From IMG/VR virus record IMGVR_UViG_3300030098_007301, positions 32,001 through 96,000 of that record: a DNA stretch of 64,000 nt. One strand, written 5' to 3'. This DNA is from a virus. Below, in pieces: positions 60,301 to 64,000 of the stretch (position 1 is its first letter; the number at the start of each line of letters is the position of its first letter). A model generated the notes under the pieces. The model searched no databases. It saw nothing but the letters and a program-made list of their open reading frames with translations, and was not told the origin of the DNA. Made by a program: the position numbers and the translations under genes.

Positions 60301-61031
60301 ACAGTAAGGTTTCTAATGCTAACGTCTTTAAATTCTGTTGTTCCTGTAGCGCTTCTAAAATCTATCCCTCCCTTAGAGGAATGGATAGGTACGTCTCCAA
60401 TAAATAACGTATTGTTAGAGACTTTTAAATCTTTGAAATGACCACTTAAAAAAGGCTTGGATTCACTACCTAGATTCAAGGTTCCGCTTGCGTCAGGGAT
60501 TATGGAGCCTGAAATTGTCCCTCCAGCTTTACTAAATTTATTTTCTTGAAGGTCTCCTGTAGCCGAACTTAGTAATCCAGTAGCGGTTTGCAGCGAAGAA
60601 ATGTCAGTATTACTATTAGTAATTCTATTTAATAGATCTTGACCAGTGGTAATTAGGTTACCACTTAGCACGTCCCTTAAAGAGTCTAAATTATTTCCGC
60701 TGGCTATAAGATTCCCGCTAAGAGTGGAGATTTGGAATTCTAAATTATTTCCAGTAGAAATAAGATGACCGCTCAACACTCCAATCTCATCTGTTAGAGT
60801 AGTGCCTGTTACTATTAAATTAGCGCGAAGATTAGCTACGTCATTAGTCAGGGAAAGTATATCCCCTTCTGTGGCTAATATATCAGTGTCGACACCTAAA
60901 TCAGGTATTTGTCCGCTGACGTTGGTTACCGGAGGAGCCCCAGCAACAGTAGTAACGCCATCAATACGCTTATCTACTACAGTAGTAGTAGAACCGCTTA
61001 TTACAACGTCGACTACAGTCTGAGTGCTCAT
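48312..61031 (-). CDS. Giant fibre/structural protein (4239 aa): N-terminal coiled-coil repeats, three cupredoxin-like domains, GNVGIGT-repeat shaft
   Basis: Uninterrupted ORF; LITTGQTLQTQITSNDSDI repeats; HPF...C..H..M three times; about 20 GNVGIGT-type modules. Confidence 0.88.
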   Translation of the reverse strand: MSTQTVVDVVISGSTTTVVDKRIDGVTTVAGAPPVTNVSGQIPDLGVDTDILATEGDILSLTNDVANLRANLIVTGTTLTDEIGVLSGHLISTGNNLEFQISTLSGNLIASGNNLDSLRDVLSGNLITTGQDLLNRITNSNTDISSLQTATGLLSSATGDLQENKFSKAGGTISGSIIPDASGTLNLGSESKPFLSGHFKDLKVSNNTLFIGDVPIHSSKGGIDFRSATGTTEFKDVSIRNLTVTGTEVIIDVEHLGVKDNTIVINSGEQGAGITAGSGGIVIDRGTLPDADIIFNETNDNFEIDFPLSIEGSLAVKRSETGSFADDSDISSVTTNLIATGRNLQTQISNNDNDILTLTNNLNSTGQTLQVQIDSNDSDISTLTSNISTTGQTLQTQITSNDSDISSLTSNLVTTGQTLTTRLDQTVSNLATSGQILQTQITSNDSDIATLTSNLSNTGEALSGNLISTGNFLDAEIAIVSGLTTGVASDPALSGKVDDLSGNLITTGQTLTSEIAIVSGIATGRTDTSELSGKFNALSGNLITTGQTLTTDVNNVSSKADNISGNLIATGQTLQTQISSNDSDISTLTSNLSATGETLETDLGEAVSNLATTGQILQPQIHTLSGHLITTGQTLTSEINTVSGLITDNDDDISDLKAATGALKTSTDNNASNLISSGNFLDSEIAIVSGIAGGQDVTALSGKVDTLSGNLITTGQTLQTQITSNDSDISSLTSNLITTGQTLTSEIAIVSGLTTGSSSDPALSGKVDTLSGNLITTGQTLQTQIASNDSNITTLTSNLITTGQTLQTQITSNDSDISTLTSNLITTGQTLTTNVNTVTNNLGTSGQTLQTQITTLQGQTGDYLTEESTSGTYSTQFNITVQSIDGGNRYLLSEVTEGSAFITSQVDRLEINLQRGNTYKFTSSASAASHPFIIVTEGAGGNYSNEYTSGVTNSRAAGVGQSLIFRVPQSAPPTLKYQCGLHANMGSTINVYDNTGNLVDNSVTGQFASAANLISTGSFVDSISGNLITTGQTLQTQITSNDSDISTLDSTTVKLTTNQSIAGNKIFTNDVTINNLTVTGTEVIVDVENLAVKDNIIQINSGESGAGISAISGGIVIDRGTATNANILYNDANDRFELNFPLAVEGEVVASASNLITTGQTLQTQITTLQGETGDYLTEESVSGTYSTQFNVSVANDGGGNRYYLSDVTGPSHTTTSQVKQLEIYLNRGDTYKFTTDSSTSNHPFFFATQGNGGNYTHEYTSGITNSRAQNGGILYFRVPQSAPDVLYYNCGHHAGMGAEAKIYDNTGILASSSDLISTGAALQTQITSNDSDITSLTSNLITTGQTLQTQITSNDSDISTLQNLTGDYLTEESLSGTYSTQFDITVQSIGGGNRYLLSEVTDGSAFTTSQVDRLVINLQRGNTYKFRSSSSASSHPFIIVSGGVGGNYNDEYTSGVTNSRAAGVGQSLIFRVPQNAPATLGYQCGLHANMGSTINIYDETGQFALNSNLISTGVVVDDISGNLITTGQTLQTQITSNDSDISTLTNNLVSTGSVVDDISGNLITTGQTLQTQITSNDSDVTTLTSNLVTTGQTLTTNINTVSTNLISTGKVVDDISGNLITTGQALQTQITSNDTDITNLSSNLVTTGQTLTTNTNTVATNLVTTGQTLTSEINTVSGIATAGGTNAGLSGKIDTLSGNLISTGTYLTDEIAIVSGLIPAAVSGTIDGGGTANKVPLYSDANTIGDSVISQSSSKIGIGTASPSSLLHVYGADPVLTIQDSESTVASASAIFRIGESDGSANLNNNFNIKFVGTASGGDLDISRYNSTTLANQGIRIKHDGNVGIGTNAPTARLNVKASGSTVDQIAVTHSGNTVEIAQLGQSANGNSGGALLLKNNGGTDKIYLDAAGASYLSGGAVGVGTASPNAGSWSNAVTIQGASSVGLELMKGSSLYAFMGVQGSGSGHALDIAAYQNQSIRLRVGSNAGTTAVTISNAGQATFVGAIALSTNTTPSTSGGEAFLYKHSSNGTVLSGYNASIETGSAGSRSVRLAISNTGATTFNSAFTFPTADGSAGQVLQTNGSGTVTWATVSGGGGVSGSGTDHYIPRWNGTTALQDSAIIALDSGSVGIGVATPDSTLHVAGDIKSKGDGKRILLESNDYLVAALTRQGTSGSAADQGGLELYTAGTAKVALFANTTSYINNGANFGIGTNSPVAKLHVHETTAGRIQLTNGTSNATTSDGLAIAAELSTRAYFWLYENAYMQFATNNAERMRIAADGNVGIGTNAPASLLHIYGWTIIESASNFATLRLKSTTGSWDIDNNNGTFGLQWAGGDKFNITSAGSVGIGTNNPAKLLTVRSATSPIIGLYSGYADSNTRNWSIGTNNGAYGDFTISTSAAKGGDPTAIKLSILKEGSVGIGTVSPAVPLHITKSAVGDNEIPEVIRLSTLNSASPNWSTTDGLCIGAEMKKANGTTITKQPIRFRYDGGNMATTFEAGNVGIGTDQPLNLLMINGSSPIIRFRDSNASGTPLAYIDASDGALKLQADASDETASSFLTLEVDGSEHVRVIADGNVGIGTNAPSKALHVIGAAFIDNTGASGGLTVEASSEARITLQAAQNTAYHADLSAHYNYTTPMTLSGYGGTVLAQNTGVTKTLLYANNAEQIRITATGVGIGLGGSDPATKLEVSGTIRSAAFLPKIQLKRTGNVVANGDIEWLGSDDSVDWSIRANYDGGGDNFNIREGSTSRLYIKSGKVGIGTNAPAQKLHVLGDAIKFERASNAVALQLYNNAASPADDAPLGYLQFMGKDNDGTANIVHSEVRGGVQSNTNTAVSGYLAFLTTNNATAVTEKMRIKADGNVGIGTNAPAVQLHIDTTAPWIRSEHSTSGDYLQLGHNGSAAYVDFSADDLIFRSASNTERVRVTGGGNVGIGTASPSSKLHVNSEISCGADDNNRAMFGYTPSRFYLGTRQSGTNYLNTVSVTSGKVGIGTNSPTQLLNVYQAGTVSNGYYEGAVKVGGSTASIGAFLGYNASSSGRVSLTNLNNTGGNNALISFGFGAATDGTPDTLALAMNQNGNVGVGTNVPWAGFHVLRPTIGGFNGLNYNVVIASSNTYANGHAGGINFAGAYNSSETQTSLAGIWASRPNAGDGQYGGMVHIGAREHGTSNIAKVINVSHASVGIGTHVPADTLHVYGTGTTAIFESTSANSYISIKEASGGNHVYLGNQNGLFVIQTPGSSYSTKFQVKSDGNVGVGVSPAYKFQVGGDIYMNGGNFLMDHNYEIRSKDSGGTTRTIARVSSNVLQYGWSGSGNVQFMGGGSYTERMRINASGGAVTFNNAFTFPTTDGSANQVLQTDGSGTVVWATVSGGGGGGNISGSGSANYIPKFTGSSAIGNSTIATNGEDVAIGSTEYGVGGTIDLSVGNPGTTTGGMTLWSTTTGTHSIGFGDANSGTARYEGYLEYSHADNSMRFGTVHTERMRITSAGSIGLNKTPNSQYNLDIEGQVLLGGHMNFKATNSLQGIGFNRNVHTGAIYSSSYYAYQIHSNNNNFEIQRYNGSGTFLGYGLVCTATGNIGIGTNNPLSKLNVLGTQGNWRVDPDSVSNEIQVLSSTVANDGFRTFRLRTNETIIDTAGSESLRVDTGGNLILSKSGGAYVQLKDSSQVRGSINVENGSDGLVFTTGSSFTERIRIKSDGNVGIGMASPASRLEIKGAGGGTGLTLKTTDSSGNTNLWVQDGGKVGVHYYPFVVNQDYNDTDCPASTYMYVHGASPFIIKNDGNVGIGTASPSYKLHVTGGDVKLTSYSNSVYFGSTRLLGYDSSTAGNLWIIGGSGGASGSCRVTLGTGWNWDTSCDFHYAPGTAGAGNGILTIGQQSKNNANFTHGITRFYTKGVEQVRINVDGNVGIGTNAPSAKLNVLENANDWAAIIKNTNAHGYGLSVDCTANTNGTVYALAAYTGLGTGLFVKNSGNVGIGTAQPLDKLDVYGTGAIFRNLSDNADSVQIVRGTNHTASPDAKFYIYDNSSADWAAKINLDGASYGLDIIGGVSHFLLCREANGTSLLEVHNGRMVVNEGGRDMDFRVEGDTDDYLLFTEAGTDRVAISTTAPAAKLHVEGDFKVGTTNNGNWMGYKDVSLNGNTYTTALTINLNNHTGCYVKLFLSGDWSSHSAVAFVGEYFIQNGSDGYAEPGTVISEFDNTNTDSIESKIVDPSSDTFTIQLKLSTAANGTLGGKLSYHVMGMATAVS
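55890..60850 (-). repeat. Imperfect coding repeats (about 18-25 aa, NLITTGQTLQTQITSNDSDISTLTS)
   Basis: Many degenerate copies visible in both protein and DNA. Confidence 0.9.
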
Positions 61032-61035
61032 TTTA

Positions 61036-61404
61036 TTAAGTGGTTACTTGAGGAAAAACGAAAAAGTCGCCTGCTAATATTTTATCTACGGCTCCCTCTA
61101 GATTTGAAGCACCCGTCGGAAATTTTTCTATATCGTAAACAAATTGACCTACCGGTAACCCTGAAGTTTGCGACCCACTTAAATAAACGTCAACTAAGCC
61201 GCTTTGATAAGCGCTTCCTGTGTCTCCTGTTACGATAGTAGGGTCTAAATTAACTAAGTTATCAGCGCTAGAATAACGATATTTTACTACTCCTCTTACG
61301 CCGTAGCCGCTAAGATTTATAGCGTCTCCACTTGCATCCTTAACATTTAACCTAACACTTAGCTGTGACCCTTGTGTCGCGCTAAAATTATAAACCGTTG
61401 CCAT
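61036..61404 (-). CDS. Small virion adaptor protein (BppU-N-like Ig fold, 122 aa)
   Basis: QGS..., INLSGY, VYDIE and KILAG..V.P.VT pattern; lies upstream of the fibre genes. Confidence 0.65.
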   Translation of the reverse strand: MATVYNFSATQGSQLSVRLNVKDASGDAINLSGYGVRGVVKYRYSSADNLVNLDPTIVTGDTGSAYQSGLVDVYLSGSQTSGLPVGQFVYDIEKFPTGASNLEGAVDKILAGDFFVFPQVTT

Positions 61405-61412
61405 ATAGTTTT

Positions 61413-61419
61413 ATTACAC
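61413..61419 (-). promoter_or_regulatory. GTGTAAT motif
   Basis: 8 nt before the start at 61404. Confidence 0.6.
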
Positions 61420-61443
61420 TATATGAGCATTTTTTCTGAAATA

Positions 61444-61809
61444 TTATCTTCCTTCAGAAAGAATTTTCTGGATTTCCTTATCTACAGCTTGAGGTTCTTC
61501 GATAGGAGTAATAGGACGCTGATAAGCTGCAACATGTTTTCTGAATTCACGTAAAAGCCTATCTCTGAGCATATTTCTATTGTCAATTGGGATTATCCCT
61601 ACCTGAGAAGCGTGGCTTTGCATATCTGACATGTTCATGTCGTCTAATCTAGTTTGATATTTAACTTCATCCATAGTTCCATATGCATTCATGCCATTGT
61701 CTCCCCAAACTTGATCTAGGGTAGTAGGTTCAAATTCTTCCACTTTGCCATGGGCTTGAGCCATATTTTTTAAAGAAGCTTTTTTGTTAGTTTTTCTTTT
61801 TGCTGCCAT
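61444..61809 (-). CDS. Hypothetical protein (121 aa) downstream of the capsid gene
   Basis: ORF with AAGG RBS and a GTGTAT motif (61836-61841) upstream. Confidence 0.75.
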   Translation of the reverse strand: MAAKRKTNKKASLKNMAQAHGKVEEFEPTTLDQVWGDNGMNAYGTMDEVKYQTRLDDMNMSDMQSHASQVGIIPIDNRNMLRDRLLREFRKHVAAYQRPITPIEEPQAVDKEIQKILSEGR

Positions 61810-61860
61810 AATCTTACCTTTTATATTATAATTGGATACACTTTTTTTCTAAAAAATAGA

Positions 61861-61887
61861 AAACCCCGGCCCTTGCGGACCGGGGTT
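61861..61887 (-). terminator. Intrinsic terminator after the major capsid gene
   Basis: Minus strand AACCCCGGTCC-GCAA-GGGCCGGGGTTTT followed by a T-rich tail. Confidence 0.88.
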
Positions 61888-61916
61888 GTTAATTAAATAA
61901 CTTTAATTATTTCTAA

Positions 61917-63005
61917 TTAGAGCTGAATACGCAGACCAACCAAAGCGCGAGCATCAAGAAGGACGCGTCCTTCCTCGACTCCACCGTAAAAACCGGTTTT
62001 GTCTTGGCGAGTCACGAACTGGTCATCCGGAAGAGCGGTAAAGGTACCACCAGTCTCGGAGTTGCGAGCCACTGGACGAACAAACGCCTCAGTAGATCTA
62101 TCAACACCAACAACGATTTCCTGATTAGCAGCAAGAGTACCACCGCATACGCTAGAAGAGTACAAGGTGTTGTATTTTTGACCATCACCAAACTCATACA
62201 AGTCAATGATGTTAATACCAAATAGACTCTTAGCGCCACCAGCGCGATACATCTCGTCTTTGATTCCGTCTCCAACCTGCTCGAATGCTGCGTCATCCTT
62301 AAATGCGTTATAAGAAATAGCGCGGATGTCCTCAACAACTTCTGCAGAGCAGAAAATGTCAGTCAAGCCTTTAGAGTAAGAAGTAGTAGGAGTACCGTCT
62401 GCATAAGAAGCATTGATTCTCTTCATCTTCGTAATCATCTGGTTGATTTGAGAGAGACCAAATGTAGTATTACCAGCGTTGATAACTTGGCTACCGGCAC
62501 TACCGGTACCAAACTTACCCTTACCTTCTGCCAAGCCCTTAAGAATAACGGCCCAAGCATTACGATCCTGCTTAACAAGAATCTCGTTAGACATACGCTC
62601 AACAGCTTTGCTCACTACGTCCAAGCGGCTCTTACGTGCGTACTTCTTAAGGAAGCTAACAGCGCTGTCCAACTTGTAAGTAGAGATTTTAAGCTCAGCA
62701 TTACCAGCGATCTGAGAAGAAGGAATACCACCAGCCATATGCTGAGACCAAATAGTCACGTAGTTATCCTTGCCGTTCTGCTCGTAAAACAAATCAAGAG
62801 GATAACTCGGGTTATCATCTTCATCGTACTCTACGTCAGTGTAAAGGTAGGCAGCGGTATTAGCCTGCTGCAAAACCTGTTGAACCACGGGGCCAATAAA
62901 AGCCGCAAAAGCTTCAGTCGCTGGGCGAGAAACTTCCGGGTTCTTGGAGCCCATAGCCTTAATCAATTCGACCTGCTCCGGAGTATTTTTAAGTTTTAAT
63001 TTCAT
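61917..63005 (-). CDS. Major capsid protein (362 aa, probably HK97 fold)
   Basis: Size, strong AGGAG RBS, high-expression codon usage, downstream terminator, and C-terminal GFYG..EEG...LDARAL segment. Confidence 0.8.
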   Translation of the reverse strand: MKLKLKNTPEQVELIKAMGSKNPEVSRPATEAFAAFIGPVVQQVLQQANTAAYLYTDVEYDEDDNPSYPLDLFYEQNGKDNYVTIWSQHMAGGIPSSQIAGNAELKISTYKLDSAVSFLKKYARKSRLDVVSKAVERMSNEILVKQDRNAWAVILKGLAEGKGKFGTGSAGSQVINAGNTTFGLSQINQMITKMKRINASYADGTPTTSYSKGLTDIFCSAEVVEDIRAISYNAFKDDAAFEQVGDGIKDEMYRAGGAKSLFGINIIDLYEFGDGQKYNTLYSSSVCGGTLAANQEIVVGVDRSTEAFVRPVARNSETGGTFTALPDDQFVTRQDKTGFYGGVEEGRVLLDARALVGLRIQL

Positions 63006-63026
63006 ATTAATTTTCTCCTATTATAA

Positions 63027-63626
63027 TTAGCCTTGAGTGAAGTCGAACTTAACCAAAACCGAACCGTCCGCATCCGGACCGCCCAAGGTTCTGCCGATTC
63101 TATTTTGAAGAGATTTGTTGCCGTAAGTGGTAAGTTTACCATTTCCAGTAGCAAAAACATCTACATTGATTGCGAGAGGAGTAGCAGCGGCGTTGCCCTG
63201 ATTCCAAGCTCCAGTTGCCGTAAGGAAAAGTCCTTTCGTACAAACCGGTACAGCCTGACCAGTCAACACAGCCTGAAGCTCAGCAGCTTTACGCGGATTG
63301 AACTTCAATGCTTCACCGTTTTCATCAAACTCTCTAACGTCGTAGAGAGTGATGCCTAATGCAGCTTCGTCAGCACCACCATCGGTGAACTCAACTTCAG
63401 CCGTGACTCCATACCGTTGAGAAACGGTATTGTTGTAACTAGCACCGACGTCACCAATAAATTCAGTTTCTTGGTCGTTCTGCCAACCAGTCTTAACCTT
63501 AACGACTGATCCAGCTTGAATCACGTCGCTTGTGCTAAGAGTGACGGCGTCATCTCCAAAAGCGAAAAGATTGATAACTTCGTGCTCACTATAATCCCTA
63601 AAGGGCATTAATCTTTCGTTTGCCAT
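63027..63626 (-). CDS. Putative capsid decoration/cement protein (199 aa)
   Basis: Immediately upstream of the MCP; AGGAG RBS; LGITLYDV...GQAVPV..KG pattern. Confidence 0.6.
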   Translation of the reverse strand: MANERLMPFRDYSEHEVINLFAFGDDAVTLSTSDVIQAGSVVKVKTGWQNDQETEFIGDVGASYNNTVSQRYGVTAEVEFTDGGADEAALGITLYDVREFDENGEALKFNPRKAAELQAVLTGQAVPVCTKGLFLTATGAWNQGNAAATPLAINVDVFATGNGKLTTYGNKSLQNRIGRTLGGPDADGSVLVKFDFTQG

Positions 63627-63642
63627 AATAATTATCTCCTAT

Positions 63643-63999
63643 TTATTTTGTAAACACAAATCCATCCATGGCAAAAGCCTTGCCATATTTTTCCATAATT
63701 GTTGGTTCTTCAGCAGGAGCAGAAGTCGGGATGTTTACGGGTTCCGTCTTTGCATTATCTACTGCGCTCTCAACAACGTCCTTAACTGCAGAAGCAGAAG
63801 CCTCGGCAGGTGCTGGCTCCTCAGCGGGAGCCGGTTCTTCAGCGGGAGCCTCGGCAGGAGCTTCAGCCGGAGCTGGATCTTCCGCAGGGGCCTCTTCCTC
63901 TTCGTCAGCGTGAGCCTTTGTAGAGAGAAGAACTGACAGAGTCTTGTCCAATTCAGCAAAAGCTTCATCGTCGAGGTCTCTGATTTGAGCGGCGATTAC
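63643..63999 (-). CDS. C-terminal part of a scaffold/prohead protease-type protein (5' truncated) with a Pro-Ala-Glu linker
   Basis: Frame is open to the window edge (VIAAQIRDLDDEAFAELDK...); APAEEPAPAE repeats; head-gene synteny. Confidence 0.6.
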   Translation of the reverse strand, partial: VIAAQIRDLDDEAFAELDKTLSVLLSTKAHADEEEEAPAEDPAPAEAPAEAPAEEPAPAEEPAPAEASASAVKDVVESAVDNAKTEPVNIPTSAPAEEPTIMEKYGKAFAMDGFVFTK

Positions 64000-64000
64000 C

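Noticed and set aside
52438-60850. CRISPR-like array suggested by the recurring short repeats
   Set aside because: The repeats are in-frame coding motifs with irregular long spacing inside an ORF, and there are no cas genes
41295-61031. Diversity-generating retroelement acting on the fibre genes
   Set aside because: No reverse transcriptase in the window, and no template/variable repeat pair differing only at adenines was seen
1097-63968. Many short antisense or alternate-frame ORFs in the track (e.g. 1762-2061, 33114-33569, 47425-47892, 55828-56331, 62448-62999)
   Set aside because: They lie inside well-supported genes and read like shadow translations of repetitive or biased coding sequence, with no RBS or motifs
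1-64000. tRNA genes or stop-codon reassignment
   Set aside because: No cloverleaf with a T-loop consensus was noticed in the few intergenic gaps; genes are full length in the standard code and end in TAA, TAG and TGA

Overview
The window is a 64-kb piece of a large, AT-rich tailed dsDNA phage genome (Caudoviricetes, probably with a long non-contractile tail, since no sheath gene is visible here). Positions 1-10 kb (+) hold nucleotide-metabolism and accessory genes: dUTPase, Hsp20, NrdA, a glycosyltransferase, NrdB, inorganic pyrophosphatase, and a translationally coupled prepilin / GspC-like / Xre-MbcA-antitoxin-like cluster. Positions 10-64 kb are virion morphogenesis genes: an IPT/TIG-repeat protein, three short tail-tube paralogues, an inverted lambda-like M-L-K-I-J tail-tip cassette, tape measure protein, chaperones, two long tail-tube paralogues, neck genes, two giant fibre proteins (2335 and 4239 aa), major capsid protein, a decoration protein and a partial scaffold/protease. 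Host-like genes point, by inference, to a PVC (Verrucomicrobiota-like) host. The most notable observations are: (1) a tyrosyl-radical-less, class Ic-type NrdB with Ile at the radical site; (2) a type IV prepilin carrying a CxxCH heme-c motif next to a GspC-like gene; (3) a PD-(D/E)xK-like domain inside the tape measure protein between AxGG(F/Y)xPNF repeats; (4) a virion-wide (S/T)G dipeptide bias together with a phage glycosyltransferase; (5) three type-1 copper (cupredoxin-like) domains in a fibre; (6) a recurrent GTGTA(A/T) upstream motif, a likely phage promoter; (7) a sigma54-type promoter for Hsp20; (8) an orphan Xre/MbcA-type antitoxin domain. All calls come from motif recognition by eye; no searches were run.
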